Positions 27,007 through 41,337 of a stretch of DNA of 64,000 nt are shown one piece after another. The DNA is taken from positions 6,076,001 through 6,140,000 of the forward strand of contig OZ176052.1 of NCBI GenBank assembly GCA_964247055.1, in the 5' to 3' direction. Below the pieces are notes generated by a model, which had not been told where the DNA came from, did no database searches, and saw only the letters and a program-made list of their open reading frames with translations. This DNA comes from Paragordius varius (lineage: Eukaryota > Animalia > Nematomorpha). Position numbers and translations under genes: made by a program. Each line of letters opens with the position of its first letter. The stretch's first letter is position 1.

Positions 27007-30000
27007 CAAATTATTTATTTTTCGGACTTTTTTTACCTTTTTTTGTGCAAGAACTTTTGTATTTTATTTAGTGCAACAGAATTTTAAAGTATACACCAGA
27101 AATAGACATAAATCATAACCATAACAAAGAGAAATAGTCAGTGAAAAGTGCGCTGACAATTAATTTGACCTAGAGAAAAACCAATCAATAGATGCTCCCA
27201 ACAATGAGAAAAACCGATAAATTCGATAAATGAGTCCCAAACAATTCAAATGAACGTCAAATGGAAGATCGCAAAGTGGCTAGTGAAATTCTGCTTTAAC
27301 ATTACGAAAAAAAATCAATATTGATTCGAAGTGTGATGTGTGTTAATAAGTGGATTTATTTTTGAAACCCAAAGCGGAAAAAATTTCGGCTGTTACCTAT
27401 TACCTTGCGCCGGTCCTTTAATATCAAGGCCAAATAAATAGCCTCGGCAAAATGACAATATTCTGTGTCTAATGGGACCTAAAGAATGCCTCTATAAACT
27501 CTTAAGGCCCGGTTATCACCAACATGATAAATTTAAACCATGCATTAATCAAAAATGACGGAATGGGCCATTAGACATGGTAAAGTGATTTTTGCTACAT
27601 GACAATGCTCCGTCTCAACACCAATGCTAATGAAAGACACTCTAAAATCGTTTCTATGATAAATTCTTCCTCATCCGCCGTACCCTGACCTGGCCTATTG
27701 CCATCTCTGACTCTTACCTCTTCACATCAATCAGGCACCTTCGCAGAGCAGCACTTCAACAACTTTGAAGACGTTAAAAACGGCGTGACAACAAAAGACA
27801 ACAATTTTTCTGGCAGCATATCCTTTATATATTACCTGAGAGGCGGGCGAAATAAGCAAAAGCCGATGGACAATATATAAATATCAGTAATTTCCCTTCA
27901 ATATCAAGTATTAATTTACCAAAAAATCAGTACACCTGGAAAAATGACTTTAGATGTCTAACATCTATATCTTATATTATATTGAAATAAAAACACTTTT
28001 AAATGTTAAATAAGTGGAAAAAAAACCTTTAACGTATTATTGGATGTTTCATCCACATCGTTATTCGTTTTAAAAGCAAAATAAAGTGTATTTTATAACT
28101 CCTCAACACACGCATTTCGACTGTACTGTATTCAGGTCGTTTATAAAACTCAATAACTAGTATATTCTAATATAATATTATTGGATATATATAAATGTAA
28201 TTTAAATTATATTTATTAAAATTGTAAAGACAAAATGGGATTTGTTTAAAAAATTAAAATAATTAATCTTCGAGTTATATAGTTCTCTCTTTGTAAAATA
28301 AAGATTGTAAGAACAAATTTCTGTTGGCGGAGTTTGTATCGAATTAAATGTCTTATTTGATAATCTTATCCTCAAAATTTATAGGTCCTGTTTGAGTAAC
28401 AAAATATATTAAATCATGGAAATAGTAAAAATATAAGAATCGGTTATAGAAGCTTTATTGCTAACTAAAAATAATAAAACGGATCGAACAATTTTGGTTT
28501 TAACAACTTATAAAACAGAAATTTGCAACCTTTCTTGGTCGCCAACATATAATTATATGATTATTTTAAATCGTTTTCTCCGAAAACAAATCTCAAGATA
28601 ACCCATTTTATTATATAAGAATTAATTTTAAAGTTAAAATATTATTATTTTTTTAACTACATAACAAATTTTGGATTATGAAAGTTACATGTATAATTAT
28701 AATATCTGACAAGACTAAACTGATTATAATTTAATCATTTATATAGATTTAAATCCAATGTATTCAGAATAATATTAATTTATATTTTAAGTTAGAAATA
28801 TCTATTATACTGTCTCAACTAGAAATAAGTTTGAAACAATTATTTAACAATTAATAATTATCTAGATAAGATGGTTTTTACCACTTCTATTTTATATCAA
28901 ACCGATAGGGAAACCATTTTAATATTGATTTTAGATCTTATAATTCTATATCAGTGGTTAAATATATTTGTCATCTTGAATCTTTTTTGTATTTATAAAA
29001 AAATTTCGAATATTTTAAATTTATTATTTATATAAACGATTTAATTCACATTGTCATTCATATAAAAAATTATATTTTTGTGCCTAATTTAGCCCCATTT
29101 TAATATGTGATATGATGTAATCACTAATCACTTCAAGTGTCAATTCTAGCTTAAACCAACCCGTCAATCAAAATAGAAGAGATTTGTACCCAAAACGATT
29201 TATACTAAGAAAACTCTACACGCAAAAATAAAAAGTGTAATTTATAATTAATTATTTATAATATGATTATAACATAAATGAAGTGTAATTGTGGCCAAAA
29301 AAATGAATTCCTAAAAGCGGAAATTGAAGCATTCTCCATGTTAATCCAATGGAGGAGTTGAATCTCATTCTATTTTGAATTGGAGATAAAAATGAGATAC
29401 CATCACCTCCACCGATCGCCATAGATGTGTCAAAAGAATAAAATCCAAAATTATGTCTTGTTAGGAAAGAATGAATATAATATTTACAAGCAAAAAGTTA
29501 AAAATGAAAAATAAAATAAATTTTATTCCGGTTTAAAATGTGAGTGAGTTTGATAATAAAAATAAAAAAATATGTTATGAAACTAATAGGCTAAGGTATT
29601 GTGTCACAATCATATAAATACATAAATGTATAGTATACATAATAAAAAAATTCGAAGGAAATGGGATAAAAATATAATATATAAAATTTATCAAAACAAG
29701 AAAACATATTATAAATGAGAAATAAATAAAAAATAAGTTGTATCTATCGATGTTTGAAACATCGAACGTATTTTGTACCTTGAAATCGTTTCATGGAAAT
29801 AACTAACAAATGACTGAATAGAAGGATATACAACTATACAGCAGTGGAGATGGTAAAAGAGAGAGTAGGATGGATACATAGGATAGTTAGTAGTTAACAA
29901 TAAATTTAAAATTATTTTAGATCTACTGTAATATTATTTGTATAATAATAACAAATAATAATAATGATGATATTTAGTTTAAGCAAATAAACAATAAAAA

Positions 30001-30690
30001 ATCAAATTAAAGAAGGTAGGTGTATTAAGGTATAAAAATGAGGGGGCTGAAAATAGGTAGGCATATGCAAATTATACATACAATACAAAAAAAATTTCGT
30101 TTATTGGAGGATACACAACAAAGAGTAAATATCCAAATAAAATGCAACAAAATTATTAATATTAGAGATAATCATACAACATTTAGAATCAAACATACAA
30201 GCATCAAAATATTGGATATTACTAGAATTTCTGAAAAATTTTACGTATTAATCATCCGGAAGGGGATGATGTTAAAGAAAATAATTAAAAATTAGATTAC
30301 AAGTATAGCGAGAAAAGTGATAATCAATATGCAAAAAAATATTGATTAATAAAATGTGTGCAAATATTTTGAGAGTCTATAAATATATATTATATATCCT
30401 TTTTATTGTACTCAAGTTTATAAATTTAGTTTCTATACCTTAACACAAATCAATTTAACAAATTTGCATGAGAGAGGTTAATCAAAAGAACTTATACCAG
30501 TTAAAATGTTTTTTTTATAAGTAATATACATTAGCGTAGCTGTATAAGCAAGTGTATGTAACTGATACTTAGGTAAATATTGATCAACTGTTAAGTTAAA
30601 TACATAACTTCAAATTTCCGAAATTTATTATATAGCGGAAAGCAATATTGAGTAAATTTTACAAAAGATTTTGTCTAATACCCATCCGAA
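25620..30690 (-). CDS. Probable 5' exons of SZT2; boundaries unresolved
   Basis: Minus-strand open segments (26053-25850 KCWKPFL, 26407-26081, ~26600-26510, ~29440-29390, ~29900-29780, ~30590-30500) weakly resemble N-terminal SZT2, and the 24050 exon begins with an acceptor so needs upstream exons. No continuous frame was built. Confidence 0.4.
27130..27939 (+). mobile_element. Second decayed Mos1-like mariner
   Basis: NERQMEDRKVASEILL (cf. Mos1 NERQMERRKNTCEILL), LHDNAPS, LPHPPYPDL; right end reads CCAGGTGTACTG on the reverse strand. Confidence 0.85.
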
Positions 30691-31063
30691 TAAAACAAGA
30701 AAGGTTTAAATAAAGGCGAATTTTAATTTGCTAGATTGTCAAATTAAAAATCCTGGCTTTAAAAAATAACAGAAAAAGATGCCAATCAAATTTTTTAGCT
30801 TACATGTCAACACACAATGACAAAATTATTGCGTGCTATTTAGATTGTTTTAAAAATTAAAAATAAAAATTTTCGTATTTTTTAATATATTTTACACCTG
30901 ACGTCGGATCTTAGGATACAAACTAAGCTGTAAAATTTAAAGGAAACCACTGATTTTTGACTTAAAGTCCTTAAATCGAGTTTACCGTAAAATATGTTAT
31001 TACGGTTATAAAATTATCTCGATATATTAGAGTGTTAAGTTTTTTGTAAAAAATGATATAAAG

Positions 31064-31293
31064 CAGGGGTGTCCAACATGCGGCCCGTGAGAAATTTTAA
31101 AATTAAAAATATGACCACAAAATCTTTGTAAAATTGATATTTTTAAAACAAATTTTCAAAGTCTATCCTATTGGCAAGAACTAGAGAAAAAATTTTATCC
31201 TTTCGTTCAACAATGTATGAAAAAAATTAAATAATTATAAACCATATAATATTCAAGCGCGGCCCGCAAAGCCATTTGGGTTAGACACTCCTG
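31064..31293. mobile_element. hAT-type MITE
   Basis: CAGGGGTGTCCAAC ... GTTAGACACTCCTG; degenerate 8-bp flanks ATATAAAG / CCTTAAAG; GCGGCCCG subterminal motifs. Confidence 0.8.
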
Positions 31294-33245
31294 CCTTAAA
31301 GTATTGATAGATGCTCACATGTTACAAATTTAAAAAATTTTTAACGTTAAAAATAGTACTATAATTTTATTCGCCTAAACTTTTGATTTATCAAGGTTAA
31401 AGGTCAAATAAGACAGCTAGCTTTAGATTTCAATAACATCTTTCATAAAAATAGGAAAAAAATTGTTGCTGCAAAAATATATAGGTAATTTTTCTTTCCA
31501 AATATATTATACAGGTATACTTATAACTAATGTTAACATGAGGCGTTTGCCACGTATGGTCTGGCTACTTTGTAATAGATACACCTAAAACATTTAATGA
31601 GATATTTATAGATGCACCTTGAGAATCAATATATATATCTAAATCAAATTGTTATGCTCTATTATAGATTGCAATATGTACTAAATTAAATAATTATTTT
31701 TCTTATCATAAATGTGTAAATAGACGTTCATTTATATAAAAATAAAAAAAAATTAAAAATTTTATATCCTGGTTTAAAAAATTGGTATAAAAAATTAATT
31801 GTGTAAGGATATAACAATACAAAATACAATTGGAAAATTTTATATTGTAGTGAAAAAGAGTGAAAGTGAGGGACAGTCCCTTAATCTGTAAAATAAGTTA
31901 GAGAGATGATTGACATTTCTAGTTATTCAATTTTTATAAAATGAAAAAAACGTATATATAAATGTATAAGACTAATTATTAATTTTTGTAACTATTAAAT
32001 ACTATATAGAAGTGATTATATTTTATATTCAATTAACAAATGATCAAAAAGTCTTAGAATATAAGAATAAACCAATTTATTATATAAAAATATAAATTTT
32101 TTATAATAAATCCGTTTAAAAACAAGATTGAATCAAGTTAATATAACACAGGTTAACAACCTTAGTTATAAGTAAAATGTATTTTGAATATACAGTATCA
32201 CGTATCCTAAATACGTATAGCCTTGTTTTTAAGAAATCCATATTTATTTTAATTTAACCATGTTAAAACAATATTTTTTGGTTGAAATAAGGTAACTTTT
32301 CATCAAAAGTTAAGAATTCATATATAATAAACAAAAGGTAAAAATGGATCATGTTACGGTATATATAATAATATTTTCGCTCTTTGCTATACATGTATAT
32401 TTATTTTCACCTCAAAAAAATAAAAAAAGCAATAAATAAAAAAAAATAAACACAGAAAAATTTTATGAAAATTATTTAAATCAAGGTTTTGGAGCCAAAA
32501 AAACCTGAAATGGATCAGGTTGGTGTTAAATTAATTCTAGATGAAACCGACAAAGACCAAAAGAGAGGAACCGATTTCTGTTTGTTAGAAACGGTTTTAA
32601 ATACATATACCATCAATAATTGCCTCCCTCTTTAAATAGAACGATATTGTTATCTATTAACCAGCTTGTGCTTTTTATCAAGAAAGCGAAATAATATTGT
32701 TAAAATAATATTATAAATTTCACTTCTATTAAGATATGATTGGAAATTCATTGGAATCCCTAAGTATGTAATTTTAAGGGAATTCTTTAAATTGTATATA
32801 AAAGATTGGGAATAAGACGTGAAACAAAATTATATCATATAATATAATTAAGGACCATATAAAATTAGCATTTAAAAGGTAATCTTTCAAAAGACACACC
32901 TAAGGAAGTAAAGCACCTTCAAATTCAAATATTAGTCTTTACTCTAAATCTGGTGTGCATATACGCGATATTTAGTACTAATTATGAAATATAGAACACT
33001 ATAATTTGATGAAATTTTAAGTCAACTTAAACAAAATTTGAAAATAGGAAGATTCAAACTAAAAGTCCTTAAAGCATGCCAAAAAAAGGAGAGGGTTAGT
33101 TTTGCAGATCTCGATAATAATTTTATTATTTGGATATGAGATACAAGTTGACAGAAAAACTCTATATAAGATAAGTAATATGATTAAAATATATTTTAAA
33201 TATTTTGAAAAATTTTAACAAGTATTAATTGTTTTTAAAAAAATT

Positions 33246-33312
33246 TAGCATCCGTAAATAAAAAAATATAGCATCCGTAAATAAAAAAATATAGCATCCG
33301 TATATAAAAAAT
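33246..33312. repeat. Tandem repeat, 3 x 23 bp
   Basis: TAGCATCCGTAAATAAAAAAATA starting at 33246, 33269 and 33292. Confidence 0.9.
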
Positions 33313-34004
33313 TGATTCTATATGATTAAATATATTTTTTATACTAGACTAAATTACAAGACTAAAGCCTAGGCATTTCATTAAAAACTATCACTATGTG
33401 GGCAAAAAAATACCCCATCAGCTAAAATAGTAAAGTTAATAGAAAAAAATTTTGTACAAAAACTCAATTCTGTGATTGAAAACTAATTTATTTAAGTTGA
33501 TTATATAAAATGAAATCAAAACATTTTGATAGAAACTATTTATTAGAAGGGTATTTAAACAAATATATTTTAAGGATGCGTGAAAGAAGATTTTGAAGCT
33601 TCATTTTGGCCATTTTTATTTACTAAAATACACAGGAATGGTAGACGGTTTTGAGTTTTCCAAAAATTTAGGGTATTTTGCATAATGATGCACATTTGTA
33701 CTAGCACTTAGTTCAATTAATTAAAGGGGAATATTTGTTAATCATACTTTTTAAAAACCTATTTAACATCCCTCTTATATAATTTATTTCGTACTTAAGG
33801 GCATGATAAATGACGATTTTGTGTTTAAAACGTAAATAATGCTAACCCTAAAACAGTGCTCGCATTATGCAATCCAATCAAATTATAATGTGGTGATTGG
33901 AGGGATATGACTTCCCCGAAAAAGATAAGGTTCAATCAAAATAACTATTAAACCAAGTACATGCAATTTTGATTTCAACTTTAGGATACTAATAAAATTT
34001 CTAC

Positions 34005-34285
34005 AAAATTAATCTTGAAATGTCTCTACTTGGCAGCATAATACGCCAAAACTCCCTTACTTCGACCTAATTATGAGATTAAACTCACTCGAAAAGTCAC
34101 TGATGCTGGGAAAAGTGAGTGTGGTGCTCATAAAAGAGGAAGAAGTAGAACTCGCTGGATGGATAACATCCTCAAAGAAACAAACACAAACATTAGCCAA
34201 ACTAAACACTAGATATCTGCTGGTATACGCAATGAATGGAGAAAATATATTTTCAATGTTGCAGTTAGTCAGAATCGACCTTAGC
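34005..34285 (+). mobile_element. 5'-truncated RTE-clade LINE fragment (ORF2 C-terminus, degenerate)
   Basis: NSLEKSLMLGKV, then in a shifted frame KRGRSRTRWMDNI...RNEWRK, matching the RTE/BovB-type tail (LEKTLMLGK.EG.RRRGRQRMRWLD.I...EAWR). Confidence 0.75.
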
Positions 34286-34874
34286 AACAAAAACTTTTAA
34301 AGTTTCACTAAAATTTACGCAATCAAAGTAATTTTGAAGTCCAGAATTTCTTTTAATGATGAAATGCAAAAGGAAAATAACTTTTTTTCCATAAAAGTTT
34401 TTTTCATAATCATCTGGAAAAGATCAGTAATCAAATGATATCAGCTCTAAAATTAAAAATAAAATATAAAAATTTTTAATGGGCACGTCGCGATCCAATG
34501 GCGAGCTCTGTGTGAATAAATTCCGTTGGTGGTAAAAAACCCCCCTCCCTTTTAAATAATTTGGTCTTTATTATATTAAACTATTAAGCTAAATTTAAAC
34601 ATTAAAAAATATTTATAAAAAATTAACCGCTTTCGTAATATCTTCCCAACATAGAGGGTTTGATTCGGCTAAACCAAAATATTGGTAAAATTTGGAATCG
34701 CTCACGTTTGCAGTTAAGTATTTGAAACATACAGGAGCCATTCTTAACTCTGATTGCAATAACATGTAATTCGGTGTTTTGGTTCCGCTAATTTAATTAA
34801 GAGTGGAAATAAATTCTTTTTAAAATCTGTAAACATCCAATGAAAATACATTTGTTATTATCAACCCTATTATA

Positions 34875-35429
34875 CCATTTGCACTTCAAGAGGTTATTGA
34901 ACACTCCAAGTTGGTCCTTGAACATTTCAGGAGTATCCATAAAGACTCCAAGTTGGTTCTTTGAACACTTCAAGTTGGCCCTTTAATTATTTTGTTAACT
35001 TTCATCAATCATTCATCTATTTTATATTTTTAACCTCTATATTTAACATAAATCTTAAATCAATATCAATTTTTAATCATTCAGAAAACTCTATATCTTT
35101 ATAAATTTATTAAAAATTATTTATATTTATAAGATTTTAACAAGCAATTAAAAAATATATAAGCCTTGTGGGTTATTATTTACAATTTTTAAAAACATGT
35201 ATCAGTCAATATTTTTTTAAAATTGGAGTAGATTAGTCTGTAATAAAAAAATGGTTTTTGAATAAAAAAAATTATATTTTAATAAATAAAGAAAATCAGG
35301 CATGACAATAAAAAAAATAAATTAATAAATGCAAAAATTTGGTTAAATTATAAAGAAGTGTCAAAGACCAACTTGAATAGTTCAAGGACCAACTTTAAAT
35401 GTTTAAGGACACTCTTGAAGTGCAAATAG
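34875..35429. mobile_element. CCATTT-terminus MITE, family 2
   Basis: TA|CCATTTGCACTTCAAGAG ... CTCTTGAAGTGCAAATAG|TA; ~21-bp unit GAACACTCCAAGTTGGTCCTT in both arms. Confidence 0.8.
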
Positions 35430-36051
35430 TATATCGGTATAATAGATGTCAATTTAATTCCAACTATTTTCTTGATCTTATATTGAATGTTGTTAATATA
35501 TTTGGAATTACTTAAAATAAACAGCGAATATTGTAAAAAATTAATATATAGTAATAACCGATTGTCATCATCTAAAATATATGTGAATGGAGAATACAAA
35601 ATCCAATAAATTGAAACATAGCTGACTTTGGATGTGCTTGACTCTTCTATCTAGTATATATATATTTATATATATATATATATAGAGTCCAAAATAATAT
35701 TTCTTAAATTTAAAAGTTTTAACACTTATAAACTCATTAAGTTTTTTCTTGAGAAAAAGTATTTATATATATTGATTCTATAAACTAGGAATCTCCAATG
35801 ATAAATTAAATAATAATACACTGTAATGAAACCATAATTGGGACTTAGGTTTCAAAACCCAAAATCTTTTTGGGCAGACATTTCTATGCTATAATTTATT
35901 TTTTCAATACTATTTAAGGATGACTTAAATACTTTTTAGTACAATTCGAAATGCATAATAATTTTTGTTTTAGGCGTTTCGCTGAAATAAGCAACACTAA
36001 TATATATAAAATGTCTTCTAAAAAATTAAAATAAGCTGAAATATATATATA

Positions 36052-36315
36052 TCATTTGCAATTCATATTCACCCTTGAACAATCAAAATTCACCCTCGAA
36101 CAATTCAAATTCACCCTAAAAATTAATCATGGGTTTTTGGGCTAATGTTACTCATCATTCATACTAAATAAATTCTTATGGTATAGTTTATTATTTTTTT
36201 AGTATTATATAAATTTTAAACGAAATTTTATTTTTTTTTGATATATAAAAAAATTAGTTAATTTTTATTTTTAAAAACACATATTTATTTTAGGGTGAAT
36301 TCGAACTGTAAATGG
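36052..36315. mobile_element. CCATTT-terminus MITE family 1, copy 2 (eroded)
   Basis: 3 units left, 1 right; right end GAACTGTAAATGG. Confidence 0.8.
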
Positions 36316-36377
36316 TTTAGTATAATTTATGGGCGACCGTATTCAAATCAATAATGATGATTAACAATTAAATGTCT

Positions 36378-36545
36378 CATTGCACCCTTCCTGGGTGTTG
36401 ATTGGGGCATAAAAATGGGCTAACTGCAAAGGCTAGTTTTCTAATGATCAGTAAGTCCATTAATTGTACACAAGAGATGTGTACGTAAGCCAATCAACCA
36501 TGAATTATGAAGTATGAATTGTTTCGTGGGAAAAAACTTCGAAAT
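36378..36545. repeat. Short interspersed repeat, also at ~52645-52830
   Basis: Shared core ATTGC(C)ACC...GTGTTG..TGGGGCAT.AAAATG.GCTAAC.GCAAAGGC.AG.TTTCTAATGATC.GTAA. Confidence 0.7.
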
Positions 36546-36575
36546 CGAAGTCCTGATTTTTACCTACTTAATTTT

Positions 36576-39500
36576 TTAAAAAGTTGTACACATTTTCAAA
36601 ACAACATATCGATTCTCACAATATATTACAGTTTCTTGGTTAAAAGAATCAATTGATACCTTAAAAACAGGCAATTCACATAAAAACACTAAAACTCCAA
36701 GAGTAATTTCTGTCCCGTTGATGATTGGTGCGCGTTTACCAATTAAACTAAATCCTAAGTGGGTGGTGTAAAATCTACAATAAACCACACAAAATTTATA
36801 GTATTAATCATTGATAAATAAAATTTGACAACAAATATTTAACTCCTACATATCACATATTGACATGGTTTAATTACCAATTTCGGATTTCATATACCAT
36901 TTACACTTCAAATTCACCCTTGAAGAATTCAAATTCACCCTAAAAAAAATATGTGTTTTTTAAGATTATATATTACTTATATTTTTTTATATTTTCAATA
37001 AATTAAATCTTGTTTGTAAATAAAATAATACAGGAAAAATAATAAACTAAGCCAAAAAAAGATGTATTTCGTATTGATAATGAGTTATATAAGCTCGAAA
37101 ATAGATAATTAATTTTTAGGGTGAATTTGAATTGTTCAAGGGTGAATTTGAATTGTTCGAGGGTGAATTTGAATTGTTCAAGGGTAAATTTGAATTGTTC
37201 AGGGGTGAATTTGAATTATAAATGGTATATTATTTCCATATTTGAAAACATTTAATTTGGTTATAGATATGTAATTTGGTATATGGTGGTATAACAAAAA
37301 TTTAAATTTACTAATATACCCTTTGTTTTATTCATCATCTATATAAATATATTTATATATAATGAAATACTTTGCTAACGATGTCACCGCATCCACATAT
37401 AGATTGTGACATGGTGTGGGAAAACTGTCTAAAAGTTGTAATGTAAACATGGTGTTCAAATGGCATGCTTGATAACAGCTCATGCGAATTAACGGATGAA
37501 TTTTATAAAAGGGAACAAAGGTGTCATCATAGTTACACAGCCTAAGAATCATAATAATATTTGATTATTATCAATAAAGAATCGTCTCGTTTCATAGAGT
37601 AATTTGATTATTAGGCATATAAATATTTTAAAAAATATTTATTCAATAACTTTTTTATTATATATTTATATAATATGAAACTTTAGTTAAAGAAAAATTT
37701 TTTATCAACTTAATAATACTCACTCTTCATGCAAGATGACAGAAATATATAGATTGTGTAACACCCGCATATTGATAGATTCCGATTGCTCTTTTAGATA
37801 CTCTTCTAGCAAAAATGTCAGTTCATCTCTCACCTGTTAAAATATGATTAAAAGTTTAAGCATGTATTGGTCTATATTTATTTCAAAACTTATATATATA
37901 TATATATATATATAGAGTAAAATCTGAAAAAAATAATCCAAAATTGTTATATGCTTTAGCCGCAAGTAGGCGTTGAAAAAATATAAAAACTGGATACAAA
38001 TATATTAATCGAAGCGAGATTCGGGTTTATACGCTTATGGTTACCATAATAAAGTTACATTCTTCTAAATGACCTTTATTATTATTATATATGATATCCT
38101 GAACGTTTATCATAATTATACCGACTTTCGCGATAGCGTACCCCACACAGATAATTTTAAACCGATTATAGTTTATTAAAGATACCATTTACAGTTCAAA
38201 TTTACCCTTGAACAATTCAAATACACCCTTGAACAATTCAAATTCACCCTCGAACAATTCAAATCACCCTAGAACAATTCAAATTCACCCTAAAAATAAT
38301 TTAGGTGTTTTCGAACTAATATAATTCTTAATATGAAACAAATCATTTGGCATAGTTTATTTTTTTCAATATTATTTTAATCTAAAACAAAATTTTTATT
38401 TTTAAAAATATTTAAAAACATAGGTAATTTTTAATCTTAAAAAACATATATTTTATTTGACGGTAAATTTGAATTGTCCGAGGGTTAATTTAAATTGTTT
38501 AAGGGTAAATTTAAATTATTTAAGGGGTTTGAATTGTTCGAGGGTGAATTTGAATTTCAAGGGTGAATTTAAATTATTCGAGGGCAGATTAAAATTGTTC
38601 AAGGGTGAATTGAATTGTAAATGGTATATTTTAAGAAGGTCTACTATACACTATATTTATGGGATAGAGCCAAAAGTTTCTGGGTTAAATTTAAATTTAA
38701 TTCATTATTCTTTATATATATCAAATCAATATACTTATCATGACATATAAGGATAAAACATGTTATTATTCATGTATTTTCAACAATATAGGTATGGTAC
38801 AAATATAAAATTTATTGGCAGGAAAGTCGAGATTTAAAGACGTATTTACAATAAGGAGTAAGTTTAATAACATTACCAGGATAAAAATGTTTTACATTTA
38901 ATCACAAAAACTAATTTATATGCAGTTTTAATTTATGCATAAAATAATTTTGGCAAAAAATGATCAAAATCTATATTATGTGTTTTCCTGTTGCCTTTTC
39001 TACGTCATATGATAGGGTATTGAAATCGTTAAAAAGAATAAAAAGAAAAATATTTTAAAAACGCCAAAAAATATTTTAAATTACCAAAAATGCCCCGAAA
39101 TAAATGCCAAAATTTAGATGTTTCTATTTTACATTAATTAGCTTTGTAATAAAATCTGGTTATAATAAATAAAATAATTTTCACACAAACAACTTTATTT
39201 CTAAGTATAGTTAAAAAATATATTTAATACTGTCTGTGCCTCAAATTATGAAATGAATTATTTCTTAGGAAGCATTTTAAAACATTTAATATGATAAATT
39301 TATATATCAATTAAGAAACGTGAAACTTTCTTGTGAACCGAATATAGAATATCAATTTAAAATTTTACTTTAATTGTATAGTCTATATTTGGTGGAAATA
39401 CGTATAGCCACAGATCCGTTAAACATGATTTGTTGATATTAGTATTATGCGGCGAATGAATACGGACAAAACACAAGTAATGATTATCTTTATTGTAGCA

Positions 39501-41273
39501 TCTATAATGATAGGATAGATATAAAACTTTAATAAAAATCATAAAAAACGATATTCTTCGGTAATTAAGGGACCATTGTATTATAAGATAAGGATTACAA
39601 AATATGATTTACTCATACAAAACAAAAAACTGTAAAAATTCTTGTATAATAACAAATTATATACTTTAAATACAATAGATTATTCAACAAAATAAAATCT
39701 GCCCATTTTTCACAAGCGTGAGATATATATGGTAAAATTGTTTGATCCATGATATCCATATTATCCTTGTGATTGCATAAAAAAGGCTTGATTAATTGTT
39801 CAATATATTCATTCTTCACAAGGTCATGGCTAATGGTTAGAGACGAGATAGAAAATAAAGTATTAATCAAATTGGGTAATAACATGGTGTTGATATTTGA
39901 ATTTATTAACAGGTATGTAATATCTCTAAGTGAAACGTCAAATAGATTGTACAATTTATCAAACGATGTTTGAGAAAAAGAGTTTAGTTTTAATTCTAGT
40001 TCATCCTTTAATTTTTGAGGTTTTGCAACAAAAATAGCTTTATTCTCCATTTCATTACCAGTTTGGAAAACGGGTATTTTTCCAATAGATACCATGAATA
40101 AAACTAATAAACTGGATAGTGTTATAGAAGTTTCAAGAGATGATATAATATCCCATAAGTCGAAATAACTTTGGGGTATTTCTAGTTTATAATTATTGTC
40201 AATAAGATATTTAAGGGGATTCCTACTACCATCAAAATCAAAGATATTTTGTTTCATTAACTTTCCTTTATCCGACAAGGTTAGAAAATTAAAAGGAATG
40301 TCATTCGTGTCTCCAGTGACACAAACAAACATCTTGAGCTAAAATTTATAATATATATGATGTAATTTATTTCCAAAATATGTGTAAAATAAATAGCTAA
40401 CATCTACCAAAAAAAATAAAACCCATCATTCAATAATATCTAATACGATGGTGGAAATAAAATGAATTAAATATACATATATATATTCTTACTTTTATTG
40501 TGTCAGGATTATTCAAGACCATAATGTGCACGAGAATGTTATCTGATATTATGCGCTGGTATTCCATATCTAATTCATTATAGTTTTCAAAAAAATAATT
40601 ACAAAATACATGTAAAAGCTTTTTATAGCTAAAAATAGTTTGTAATAAATGTTAGTAGCGTAGTGTGTAGATTTTAAATTTCAATTTTAACATATATAAA
40701 TGAAATAATTATAATATAATTTTATCACCTTTTCCGCCTTCAACATAGCCAGCGCAAGGTTGAAATCGTTTTCTCGTGTTACAAGGTCGTTGTTCATTTA
40801 GTAAAAAATGCGAATTTTCACGTGTGCCAAGCGTGCAATCAAAATTTTTCATTTCATCATTCATGCTAGGATTGATATCAGTTTGTCCAGTATCATAACG
40901 TGTAAAGCCATGCCGTTTCAAAATTAAATCAACATTTTTTAGGAGTTGTACGTTACAGATTAAACAATTTATTGCAGTGTCTTTTAACATTCTTTGAACA
41001 TTTTTATTTGGTAATGTTTCACGGTCAATATCAACTTCCTTATAAGCATTAACATTGTAGCGCTTACAAAAGTTGAGAGTTTTATTTATGACATGTGTTA
41101 TTTCACATGTAGTTAAAAGATGTTCCTTGTTAATATAAGTAGGTAGTAAATTAAATGCATCAAACATATCCGAATTCGATTTCTCGCAATTATTTATTCC
41201 ATATAATTTCTGAGGGCCAGAATTCGGCATTTTCTTATTGTTTTCATAATTCGATTCAAAACTAGAGAGAATA

Positions 41274-41337
<64 letters not shown>

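Noticed and set aside
38457-38750. 97-aa ORF with VNLNC.R heptad repeats
   Set aside because: It is the translation of the 21-bp MITE arm (21 nt = 7 codons).
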